From Octopus vulgaris (lineage: Eukaryota): DNA of 64,000 bases. The stretch lies in contig OX597836.1 in the NCBI GenBank assembly GCA_951406725.2, forward strand, positions 21,390,001-21,454,000. The letters are read 5' to 3'. Under the pieces are notes generated by a model, which was not told the origin of the DNA, did no database searches, and worked only from the letters and a program-made list of their open reading frames with translations. Position 1 is the first letter of the stretch. Each line of letters begins with the position of its first letter. Positions 1 to 13,400 of this stretch are shown piece after piece. A program made the translations under genes and the position numbers.

Positions 1-115
1 AATAATAATAAAACATTGTGTACAGTGCTCAGGTGCACTACAACTCATCTAAAGTGTATATATAATCAGGTGTAGTTTCGGCGGATTTCGGAAAGCATGA
101 GGGCCTTAAAGGATG
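1..115 (-). mobile_element. CR1-group LINE 3' end, heavily 5'-truncated
   Basis: Nearly identical to 62277-62375, the 3' end of the LINE ORF2 fragment there; (ATT)n tail. Confidence 0.8.
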
Positions 116-739
116 AAAGGCAAAGTCGACCTCGGCGGAACGACTATCGATTATTGATAAAATAATGCATACTTATGTTTTGAGTCTTATTTTCCCATTT
201 GCATCACCACACACACACACACACACACGCACGCGCGCGCGCACACACACACGCGCGCGTACACACACACACACGCGCGTGTGTGTGTGTATAAATACAT
301 GTATAGATAACCTACCTTTTGCGTCACCCCCGCCCCTTTACTGTCACCCGTTATTTGCACTAATATAAATTAATTTATTTCTAATTGTTACAATCGATAG
401 CACTTTCGAATTGCGGTAATTAATCAGTTTTGGAAGGGGGGTTATGAGGGGGGATGGGCAGGAGACGTGAATTATACGAGTTAAATATATTGTTAAAAAA
501 GAAATAGAAGTGCAATCGAAAATATTGACTGCTGCTTTTCCCAGGTTTAATTACACCATCATCATCATCATCATCATCATCACCATCTATGCATATGTAT
601 GTATCCATATATACATATGCGTATACGCACACACACACAACACACATGCATATATATGCAATTTATTACGGGTTATGACTCGTAACTGGCCCGAACGAGT
701 TTTTATTTCTGACTTACGGACAAAAAGATTGATATTTAT

Positions 740-742
740 GTG

Positions 743-819
<77 letters not shown>

Positions 820-937
820 ATATATATATATACATGTGTATATATATATATACATGTGTGTGTATATATATATATATATATATACATGTGTATATATATA
901 TGTATATATATGTGTGTATATATAGATATGTATGTAT

Positions 938-977
<40 letters not shown>

Positions 978-1022
978 GTGTATATATATATATATATAGT
1001 ATATGTGTGTATATATAGATAT

Positions 1023-1059
<37 letters not shown>

Positions 1060-1383
1060 AGTATATATAAATAAATATAAATATATATATAAATAAATAA
1101 ATAAATAAATAATATGTACATATATATATATGTATATATTTATGTCTTTGTATTGTGAGAAATATTTTTATGAATAAATAACGCTGTAAAATGTTTCAAA
1201 TATACATTCCCACCGTTCGTGTTCACTCTCTAAATCTTAAATACGCATACATCGATTCGTGAGAGTGTATATATATGTACTTATATATATATATGAATCA
1301 TAGACACTGCCGTGTCAACTCACGTAATACAAACACCGGTATATATAGCTACACACACACACACATTGATTTACACCCACAAT

Positions 1384-1420
<37 letters not shown>

Positions 1421-2255
1421 CTTAAATTCTCTCTCACACACGCACAAAAATCTACACACATTTACACATACATGTATATATGCGCTTAGAACACCACATA
1501 CATACATACACGTACATTAATACATAGATACACTTACACACCACACGTCTATAGACGATTATATCCACACCTACCCGTATTAATATAAAGCAGGGAACAA
1601 CACACATATACATATATATATGAACACGTTCGTATATACACATAATACACATGATATATATGCGTTTATATCAACACAAATGCATATATCGATAGAAAGA
1701 GAAACATATGTACGTACACTCACATATATACACACACGCTAAATACATTTATACATACCTCACACACTAATAAACACATATGTGTATATATATACGTACT
1801 AACATATATAAAAATACGCATACACCATGTATATGTATGTGTGTGTGTACACGCAATATACACAAAATGAACAAACATACAATAAATGAATACGTATACA
1901 CGATGTACAAATACAACACACGCACATAAATATATATATATATACATATATATATACATACACAAACGCATACGCAATATACACATATACATGTACACGA
2001 TATAGATATCGTTCACACAATTACATACACACTCATAAATGTACACACTATAGATATCATTCACATATATACACACGTACGCACACACACATATATATAG
2101 TATATACACGTACACACACACATATATATATAGTATATACACGTACGCACTCACACACACATATATATAGTATATACACGCATACACACACACATATATA
2201 TAGTATATACACGTACACACACGCACACACACATATATATATAGTATATACACGT

Positions 2256-2288
<33 letters not shown>

Positions 2289-2600
2289 GTATATACACGT
2301 ACGCACACACACACATATGTATATATAGTATATACACGTACACACACACACATATATATATAGTATATACACGTACGCACACACACTCACACACATACAT
2401 ATCCTGACACATTTACACACACACTAACACATACACAGAGATACACACACACACACTAACACATACACAGAGATACACACACACACACACATACATATCC
2501 TGACACATACACACACATACACAGAGATATACACATCCTGACACATTTACACACACACACAGATACACACATACACAGAGATACACACACACACACACAA
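740..2600. repeat. (CA)/(TA) microsatellite mosaic with a ~30-bp minisatellite (2080-2390) upstream of the PAQR3 ATG
   Basis: Repeated unit ATATATAGTATATACACGTAC(GC)ACACAC. Confidence 0.9.
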
Positions 2601-2603
2601 AAC

Positions 2604-2923
2604 ATGGCGACTCAGTTTGCAGACGACGGTGGTTCGGCAAAAAGCAGTTTCGTTATCTTGGACCTTGAGGTGGATGCCGATAGTTTACTATCTTCATCGC
2701 CATCGTCATTATCTCCTTGTCTGTTGTGTTGTTGCGCTCGACACATGATGATGGTGGACAGGAAGAAGACGAACAACAAGGAGGAGAGTAACTGCAAGAG
2801 CATCAGCAAGAAGGAAGAGATCTCCCTTTATAGGGACCACGAGATCCCGGACTTCCTAAGGATCAACCGCCACATTGTGCGGGGCTATAGGTCCCTCCTA
2901 CCCGTCCATCTCTGTCTCAAAAG
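2604..2923 (+). CDS. PAQR3: PAQR3 (progestin and adipoQ receptor family member 3) coding exon 1
   Basis: AAAC-ATG at 2604. Encodes ...ISLYRDHEIPDFLRINRHIVRGYRSLLPVHLCLK, matching the PAQR N-terminal P-x-L-x2-N-x2-I-x2-GYR motif. Donor AG|GTAACC at 2923/2924; 320 nt, phase 2. Confidence 0.93.
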
Positions 2924-2939
2924 GTAACCGTCCGAATTA

Positions 2940-3500
2940 TAATACATACATACATACATTTGTATATGCATATGTTTATACATATATATATACATACATA
3001 CATATATACATACATACATACATACATACATACATACATTTGTATATGCATATGTTTATACATACATACATACATACATATATACATTTGTATATGCATG
3101 TTTATACATACATATATACATACATACATACATAGATACATATATACATACATACATTTGTATATGCATATGTTTATACATACATATATACATACATACA
3201 TTTGTATATGCATATGTTTATACATACATACATACATACATTTGTATATGCATGTGTTTATACATACATATATACATACATACATCATACATACATACAT
3301 TTGTATATGCATGTTTATACATACATATATACATCATACATACATACATACATTTGTATATGCATATGTTTATACATACATACATACATATATATACATA
3401 CATACATACATCATACATACATACATACATACATTTGTATATGCATATGTTTATACATACATACATACATACATACATATGTATATAAATATATTCATAC
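2940..3500. repeat. (ATAC)n-based minisatellite
   Basis: Unit (ATAC)n-ATTTGTATATGCATATGTTT, about nine copies. Confidence 0.9.
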
Positions 3501-4123
3501 ATAGTTTCTTTCTCTCTCTCACAAACACACTCTCTCTATATATGTGATGACGATGATGATGATGATGAATGGTTAGAGAGAGAGAGAGAGAGATGTAGGT
3601 GAACTTGCTGTAATCAACGACCTCCGATACTAAAAACCAAAAGAAAAACGGTAGGGGCCATTTAGAGACGATGTGGATACATTTGTTTATTTTTTTCTTT
3701 ACCCAATTTATAAATAAAAATCATCATATTTACATGCGTGAACTAGTGTGAGCTAAGATTGATCAACACAGAGTTAATTAACCATTTAATGGTTAATGGT
3801 TTATTTCATATGTGGACTGCACCGGAGGTTGTTGTTTACATAGATATTCATCAGCTTTACTTTCAGTATAGAAATATGAGTGTATACATATGTATGCTCC
3901 TCTCTCTACATACATACATAAATACATACATACATACATACACACACATATATATATACATACATGCTTGTGTGTATATTTTGCAATATATCATGTTTTT
4001 TTTCTTGAATTCTTTGTTCTGTTTTTGTCTCGTTCATTCAGGTTTCTCTTACTCATTCACCTCTGACAGAGGTGGCTTAAAAAAATTTTTTTCCCCTTTA
4101 ATTAAAAATATAAAAGGGATGAG

Positions 4124-4170
<47 letters not shown>

Positions 4171-4198
4171 ATCTACATGCATATATAAATATACACGC

Positions 4199-4232
<34 letters not shown>

Positions 4233-4562
4233 GCATGTACACATACACACAGACACGAGTATTTTGAATGTCATTTCAGATTGTATTACAGGGCATTGTT
4301 GTTCTTGCTTCTTTCCTTTCTCCTTCATCAATCATCTTGTTCAATCACTTCTAATGGTATTTTTTTCCTCACATATTTGAAAATAAAATAAAATAAAAAA
4401 TATTGTAATGAATGAAAAGTCACATGGCCGAACGAAAGATATAGAGAGAATAGTAAAGGTAGAGTAGAAGCCAACCTCACCGTATTACAGGTACTTATAG
4501 AGTAATTAGTCTCCCTCCTCTTTCACCTGTATTCTTCTCACTCTATCCTATATATATATAAA

Positions 4563-4740
4563 ATAAGTATTATGAATTTGAGGTAAAACATTTTACCTTC
4601 GCCCATATAATACAATAAATGAATTGAATTGCATTGCAATTCTTAGCATTTATGTATTAGCCTTTCTGGGTACTTTACTGGCAGTATATTGGATAAATGT
4701 TATCCCATAGTGGGTTACACTCACAACCCCTATCTCACTT

Positions 4741-4741
<1 letters not shown>
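4563..4741. repeat. (TA)n-flanked interspersed repeat; second copy at about 26830-26996
   Basis: Both copies share TTTACCTTC...TTGCATTGCAATT...CAGTATATTGGATAAATG.TATCCCATAGTGGGTTACAC...AACCCCTATCT and lie between TA runs. Confidence 0.75.
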
Positions 4742-4784
<43 letters not shown>

Positions 4785-5019
4785 CCCCTTGATCAGTTGA
4801 AAAGAATTGAACAACAGAGAAAATTAAAGCTACTTTTGTCAGAGTCATTTCTCAAATACATTTATAAATATATATATATATATATACCGAGTAAACACAT
4901 AAATGTGAAACAAGATGGAAAAAGGTACTCAAATACCAGTAGAGTATATGCTCTATTTAAAGAGAGAAAATTAACAAAACCTGTTACTCTGAGTAACAGG
5001 TTTTGTTGAATTTTCTGCT

Positions 5020-5060
<41 letters not shown>

Positions 5061-5126
5061 TTTAATTTCTTATATATATCACAACTCACCACGTGGGGAT
5101 AATCGAAATTCCTCCTTTTCTGTTAC

Positions 5127-5169
<43 letters not shown>

Positions 5170-8100
5170 AGGAGAGAGAAAAGTGACCTTTTTTGTCTTG
5201 TTTCAGTCATTGGACTGCAGCCTAGCTGGAGCATTGTCTTGAAGGGTTTTAGTGGAATAATGAGTCCTGGGGTCTGAATACTTATTATTATATGTGTGGC
5301 ACTTATTTTTTTTTACCCTCTTTTGCTGAACCGCTAAGATGTGGATGCTAGGTGTGCCACAGTGAAACCTGAATATAATATTTTTCCCGTATACTATAAG
5401 TTGTATTTTTAGATCCGGAGTGCCACTGAATTTTGAAAAAAAGTATAAGTGTACTGCAAGTGAAAAAAAGATTGCGGATCACTGGTTTCTGTCTTCACGT
5501 CTTGGTGGTTCAGCAAAAGAAGGCACTTCATAGATATTGTCATCAGTAATGTAGGGTCATCATGCTCAATCAGGGTTCAAGAAAATTCGAAAAGAGACAA
5601 AATGAAATGAAAAAAAAAAAAAAAGATCCACCCTCCTCCTCCTCATCATCATCATCATCATCATCACCATCACCATCATCACCATCATCATCACCACCAT
5701 CATCACCATCATCATCATCATTATCATAATCACCACCATCACCACCATCATCATCATCACCATCGTTTTAATATCTCACATTTGAATGGGTTGGATGGAA
5801 TTCATTGAGATAGACTTTCTACAGCCAGATGCCCTCACTGTTGCCAACCCTCATAACCAGACGGGTTTTGACAGAAGATTGAAAATAAACGACACTGCTT
5901 GTATGACGGTGATGCGCATTTACAATTATCATATGATAACTTGATACAAGGCAAAGGGGACAGTAACACACACATGCATATATACATACATACCTACATA
6001 CTGGTGATAACAGAGGACTGAGATATGTGGCGCATTGCTGTACTCAAGAAGATCTGCCCATCACAACAGAATTGATATCCTAAAACCAAGGTGCCATGTA
6101 AAAAGCATTGATGTTGGTGCTGGTGCCACATGAAAAGTAATGGTGATGGTGCCACGTAAAAAGCACTGGTGCTGGTGCATCATAAATGGCACCTAGTACA
6201 CTCTGTAAAGTGAGTGGCGTTAGAAAGGGTATCCAGCCTTAGAAACCATTCCAAGCCAAAATAGACCAAGGAACCTGGGGCAGCCACTGGCCTTGCCTGT
6301 TCCTCTCAAGCCATCCAACTCATGCCAGCATTAAATGATGATGATGATGATGATCTATAGTGCTATATGAAAGTGCATGTGCAGTGCTATGTAAAAACAC
6401 CTGTGTGGTGCCATGCCAAAGTGCCCATGCAGTGCCCTGTAACAGCATCTGTGCAGTTCCACGTAAAAGCCCTCAGCACAATCTGTAAGGCATTCAACCA
6501 TAGAAACCATGTCAAATCAGCCTAGAGTCTGTTGTAGCTCCCCAGCTTGTTGGCATTCAACCCATGCCAGCATGGACAACGGACGTTAAATGATGATGAT
6601 ATATATATATATATATATATATATGCTTTTACAGCAAGACACCTGTTCCTCTTCTGCCTTTATTTTATTACTTGAGTCTCTCAACACCTGACATAAAGCT
6701 GCCCCACCTCACCTCTCTACTAAACCCTACTCTATTGAATGGTTTCTTTTTTTTTTTTCTAAGTCTGTTGAGTTACTTGGTAATCTCACTAGTGGTAGTG
6801 TCAGAAAGAAAGCACCCAGTACACACTGTAAAGTGGTTGGTACTCGGAAGAACACCAAGACATAGAGAGCTTGGCAATACAGATATTGGAGCTTGACACA
6901 GTCCTCTGGCTTCTTAAATCCTGTCAACCCATTGAACTCATGAAAAACAGATGTTACATGGTGGTGATGATGATGATGATGATGTCTGCGTATACTCTTA
7001 CTCTTTTACTTGTTTCAGTCATTTGACTGCGGCCATGCTGGAGCACCGCCTTTAATCGAGCAACTCGACTGCGGGACTTATTCTTTTTGTAAGCCCAGTA
7101 CTTATTCTATCGGTCTCTTTTGCCGAACCACCAAGTAACGGGGATGTAAACACATCAGCATCGGTTGTCAAGCAATGCTAGGGGGGGACAAACACAGATA
7201 CACAAACACACACACGCATATATATACATATATACATCAGGCTTCTTTTCAGTTTCCGTCTACCAAATCCACTCACAAGGCTTTGGTTGGCCCGAGGCTA
7301 TAGTAGAAAACACTTGCCCAAGGTGCCACGCAGTGGGACTGAACCCGGAACCATGTGGTTGGTAAACAAGCTTCTTACCACACAGCCACTCCTGCGCCTA
7401 TATATGTATATATTTATGCTTATGTATATTTTATGAATATATGTATTTGTTTGTATGTGTGTGTTTATATATGTATGTGTATGTATATATGTGTGTGTGT
7501 GTGTGTGTGTGCATAGACACACACACACATAATAGGTGGAAGAATAGATATACCAATGGCATAAACAAGCTGGTTGGCAGACTGAGAGGCAAACAGACAG
7601 ACATAATAGATGAATGGACAGGCTGTTGGATAGAACAGTAACGAGCTAGATTGATTGATTAACATGGAGAAGCACACTAATTGACATATGCATATATAAA
7701 TAAATACATAACGGTGTGTGTATTTCTATACGAAAATAGGTAAACGGGCTGATAGAAATAGATTTCCTCTAACAATGTCAAAACGGTTGTTTTTCTGCAC
7801 CTCCGGTATCCAGTACGGTCGTCTCGTATATCTTTCTATAGTTTCCTTATTCTTTTCTATCATTTAGTCATTCATTCATTCTTTTATCCATTATTATCAT
7901 TATTATTATTTGGTTTGCATAAAAATCTCTCAGCCTTCCACTCCTATTCAGTTGTTCTGTACTGAAAAAAATGAAGCAACTGGTTTTGTTTTTGTCTTCA
8001 AATTCTTTGTGTGTGTGTCTGTGTGTGTGTGTGTGTATTTCGTCAGAGAATATCCTTCCAGTGAGCACTTTAAAGAAAGAAGAGTTCTTAGAATTATCAT

Positions 8101-9438
8101 TGCCATCAGCCAGGCGGTGCTGGTAACAGCCACGTTTGGCATGTAAGAGAACCATCCGAAAGTGGCTGTTGCCAGCCTCGTCTGGCCCCCGTGCTGGTGG
8201 CACGTAAAAAGCACCATCCAATCGTGGCCGTTTGCCAGCCTTGCCTGGTACCTGTGCAGGTGGCATGTAAAAAGCACCCACTACACTCACGGAGTGGTTG
8301 GCGTTAGGAAGGGCATCCAGCTGTAGAAACACTGCCAGATCTGACTGGGCCTGGCGCAGCCTCCTGGCTTCCCAGACCCCAGTTGAACCGTCCAACCCAT
8401 GCTAGCATGAAAAACGGACGTTAAACGATGATGATGATCATCATCATTATCATCGTTGTCGTCACCAGTTAACATCCATTTTCCATGCTGACATGGGTTG
8501 GGTGGTTCAACAGGGTGCTGGTGAGCCGGAGTACTATGCAAAGCTACAACATTTTGCTTTAGCATGATTTCTGTGGCTGGATGCCTTTTCTGATGCCAAC
8601 CACTTTACAAAATGTACTGGGTGGGCTTTATGTAGCACCAGCTTCAGTGAGGTCGCCAAATAACTCACAAAACAAGACCTCTCAACTGAGTGGTGTGTGT
8701 GTGTGCATGTAGTACTGAGGGTGCAATCCTGAAAGGATGAATGGCAAAATAGATCTCTGTAGGATTTGAACTCAGAATATAAAAAGCTAAAACAAATACT
8801 ACATGGCATTTTGTTAGATGCTTCATATCTATTCTACCAATCTGCTGCCTGCTGTTAGTTCAATTTTTAGTAGGACTATTCCATTTCAGAACTATGTTGT
8901 GAGTTAAAATTCCACCGAGGTTGACTTAGCCTTTTATCCTTTTGGGGTTGATGAACCAAGTATGAGTCAAGCACTGGGGTTGACGTTATAGACTTGTCTC
9001 GTCCCACAAAATTTCAGGCCATGTGCCTATAGTAGAAAGGATTCTTATTTTGGTTTGGCTCAGGTTTGGTCTTATTCCTGGTAGGATTTATGTGAGTAGT
9101 TTTTGGCAGTCTTTCAAGTGCTTAGAACCCTCCTGATAATCCTTGCTGTCCCTAAGAGAAACTTTCTGTAAGAGCTCTACTGGGCATTCTATTTCAATCT
9201 TCTTTAGCCATTTGTCTATTATTATTAATTGAGCTGGCACAATCATTAGCATGCTGGGCAACATGCTTAGCTGCATTTTGTCCATCTTCACGTTTTGAGT
9301 TCAAATTCTGCCAAGGTTGGATTTGCCTTTCATCCTTTCAGCTTTCATAAATCAAGGATCAGCTGAGTACCAGGGTCAATGTAATTGACTTACCCCCTCC
9401 CACCAAATTTCAGGCATTGTGCCTTTTGTAGAAAGGGT

Positions 9439-9446
9439 TATTATTA

Positions 9447-9540
<94 letters not shown>

Positions 9541-9553
9541 GTTATTATTATTA

Positions 9554-9621
<68 letters not shown>

Positions 9622-9649
9622 GTTATTATTATTATTGTTATTATTATTA

Positions 9650-9747
<98 letters not shown>

Positions 9748-9874
9748 GTTATTATTATTATTATTATTATTATCATTATTATTCAGTAGTTTTATTTTTA
9801 TAGCGTGCTTTCACTTCACTGCCGAGTGCAGCTCTGTGTGCCTTGGGTATGTGCTGTGGTTTGCTGTGATACTC

Positions 9875-9917
<43 letters not shown>

Positions 9918-10207
9918 CATTATTATTATCATTATTATTATTATCATTTTTATTATCATTATTATCAATTTTATTATTATCATCATTATCATTATTATTA
10001 TTTTTATTATTATCATCATCATCATCATTATTATTATTATTATTATCATTTTTATTATTATCATCATTATTATTATTATTATCATTTTTATTATTATCAT
10101 CATTATCATTATTATTATTATTATCATTTTTATTATTATTATCATCATTATCATTATTATTATTATTATTATTTTTATCATCATCATCATCATCATCATC
10201 ATTATTA

Positions 10208-10260
<53 letters not shown>
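9439..10260. repeat. (ATT)n/(ATC)n microsatellite
   Basis: Direct inspection; one ~95-bp unique interruption at 9784-9876. Confidence 0.95.
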
Positions 10261-11253
10261 TACCTTTGGTTTATCCAAAGCATTTTCATAACTTTGTTCT
10301 AAACATCCATGCTTGTTTTCAGATTTTTAGTTGGCCTTCATTTCGTATGTTCTGAGCACTACAAAACTTTCCCTTCATAACTCCCAAAGTTATTCTGATG
10401 GTTGAAATAAATCATGAATGTGTATCGTGGATGCCAGGCACATATTTCCCTTGCATTCATGCATCATGTATGCGATGTTTACCACATGTGATACACAGGA
10501 CAGGCGAAGAGTTAAATACTAGTCAAGCACAGAGATCAATGCAATCAATTATTTCCTTCCCCCTAAAACTGCTGGCCTTGTGCCAAGATCTGAATCTTAT
10601 TATTGTTATTATCATTGTTATTATTATTATTATTATTATTATTAGGTTCATTCCATTGATTCTGTTCCATTCCTGTATGAAACTGATATTGGCCTTGCGC
10701 CCGGATAAAAAGAAATCATTATTAGCCACACATTTATGAATCTACCGCAACAGTTATACGGAGTCTTGCACTTCAAGAAAGATGGCCTTTGATTAAAAAT
10801 TTATAAACAAAATCTAACACTATAAGTGTCAGTTTGAGATTTTTTAGCTAACCCTTCTTCATTCTGTGTGATTTATTTATTTTTAAAATTTCTTTTTTTT
10901 TGAAATTTTTAAAAATTATTTTTTATTATTTTATTCTTTTTATTTTTATTTTTAGAGTGTTTAATTCATCTTCTTTACAAACACATGGACGTATGATTGT
11001 GCTATGTATGTGTGTTTAAACTCAGTTATATACATGTGATTATAAACGTACAGTTTAACACCCATGTGCTTTACACACATACACACAAGTAAATATGCAG
11101 GTGAACACAAGTAGGCTTAATGAGTCTATTTTTACCTGGAATACAAATAAACAAAAGGAATGATGTAATAGTTTAACACACACACACACTCTCAAACAAA
11201 CACATATACATACATACACATGATGTATGCATGTCAAACTGTGTATATATGTA

Positions 11254-11311
<58 letters not shown>

Positions 11312-11868
11312 TACACATATGTGAGTGTGTGTGTGTGCATGTGTGTATTTATATAAAGGGTGATGCTTTGTATCTAGTGCAGTAGTACTTGCAACTCTTT
11401 TGCTCACAGCTCTCTGCTGTTGGCTAACTGATATGGGGGAATGAAGAAGCAGCCTAGTGTGTGTGTGTCTTTCTCTGTCAGGTTTTGTAGCATTCCTGAT
11501 TTAAGATAGTAAGGTGTGATTTAAAGAGGATTTGGCTGCTATTTCTAGCAAACCAAGAGTGCATGTCAAGATCCTCTCATTGTCTTGTTTTTCTTTTCTC
11601 TAGTTTCACTTACTAGTATTGGAGATGATTTTCCTCAGTTTGAAGACATTATCGACACAACATTTCAGTAGGTGTTTTCCCCAGTTGTTTTCTGGTGATA
11701 TTATTTACTAATCCAGCACAGGGATTGAACCTGGAATCTTTATTTTAACATCTAACCTATTGTTCCTTTGGAAAGATGCTTAGCAGCCACGCACATGGAG
11801 AAATGACCTAATATCTCACTTGCACTATGCTTACGCTCATTGGTTTAGGGTTCCTAGATAATGATAAA

Positions 11869-11919
<51 letters not shown>

Positions 11920-12125
11920 GTATGTATAATAATTATTATTTGAGGGAATAAAATCCAAACTTACAAGGAAAAGAATTCAATTTAGAAATACTAAATCAAA
12001 TTTCACAAAATATAACATATATATAATTTTATTGTTATTTTAATTATAACTCTTCTATTATATGTAATTTTCTAGATGGTGTAATTTAATTATTCATTTT
12101 GAATTGATAAAAGATGTTTTTTTTC

Positions 12126-12160
<35 letters not shown>

Positions 12161-12167
<7 letters not shown>

Positions 12168-13400
12168 GAGATAAAACCACTATTAGGCAAATCATGCAAT
12201 GAAAAACTTAAGCCAATACATAAGATTAATTAATTTATATTATTTTAAATATATATCAAAATTATTAAAAAGAGATAATTAGTATAACACTACGATCGTT
12301 TCATGGCTGTCCAATTCTTAAAATTTCGAGTTACAGTCATTCTTCAGGTGATTTAAATATCTAAAATATAATCAGAAATATTTAAACAATATTTTAAAGA
12401 TATAAATAATATATATAATATAATAATTTTACTTATAATAAACTTTATTATCAAACTAGAGACATAGAACTTAACAATTATGATTATATCCAAATCGACT
12501 ATAATGTTAAATATTAAATTTAATTTATAAGGTAGGAAACCCGCCCATAATCTAATATCAATATTAGTCTATATCTAATTACATAAATATTTAAAATGAC
12601 TAATATATATAAATTATCAATGAAAATATATAAATGTATATAAATATTATAATTAAGATCTAAAATAATCTCTATAAATAATTGTATAGGCACATATAAT
12701 AAAAATCTAATAAATTTAATTTTTCATATTTAAATATGAAATAGCTAATTTCAAAATACAAATAAACTAACTTAAACGAACTTTCAGAAATCTTATGTAA
12801 AATACTTTTAGAAATAATCAATTCGTAGTAATATAGTATCGAATAAATACTATAAGTACTATAAATATAATTATGAATGGGAATAATTATTGAATATAAA
12901 TTTAAAGAAATAACTAAGTTATGCTATTAAATTAGACATGGCCTGGACCAATCTTTAGTCGAAACATATCTAAATTTATCAAAGTTTATCTAATTTAATT
13001 ATAAATTTAAAACTACAATTAATACTATTAAAACATGTATATACAAAGCCTAACTTAATACACTGCGTATGCTTGCTATCAAATAATAAATCTATCGCTA
13101 AGAAGTATCTTACGAATAAACTTAAATTTAATATCTAATAATATAGAAAATTACGATAATTAGATCATTACATAAACAACGATATTTACATAAGGAGAAT
13201 ATTATTACTCCAAAGGCTTATACAATATTAAAATTTACAATTTGAAGATCTTAAATAAATACATACTTAACTTAGCAAGGTTTAATCAATGAACTAAAAT
13301 TTTGAATCAGAAAACGTCTTTTACAGCGTTTATAAGAATACTTGTGGAATTACGTTATTAGACACTCTCTTATACCTCACATACTTGACTTGTAGAAGAT
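12161..13400 (-). mobile_element. AT-rich Penelope-like element remnant abutting (TA)n
   Basis: Very AT-rich non-microsatellite block starting directly after a (TA)n run and carrying a hammerhead near that end. No RT or GIY-YIG ORF recognised; right boundary approximate. Confidence 0.5.
12288..12350 (-). ncRNA. Type I hammerhead ribozyme motif (Penelope-like element type)
   Basis: Minus strand reads CAC-CUGAAGA-AUGACUGU...ACAGCCAU-GAAA-CGAUCG-UA-GUG: complete catalytic core, stem I CAC/GUG, stem II 7 of 8 bp, palindromic stem III, GUA cleavage triplet. Confidence 0.8.

Noticed and set aside
510-3547. Long ORFs rich in YI/HT/VC repeats (also 33082-34389, 41157-41603, 53523-54278)
   Set aside because: They are translations of (TA)/(CA)/(ATAC) microsatellites that lack stop codons. 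Only 2604-2923 is coding.
7165-7365. Recurrent ORFs ending VSVYQIHSQGFG...GLNPEPCGW suggesting a peptide gene family
   Set aside because: They are antisense translations of SINE family A copies.
9385-10302. Poly-Leu/Ile/Tyr/Asn ORFs up to 290 aa
   Set aside because: (ATT)n microsatellite.
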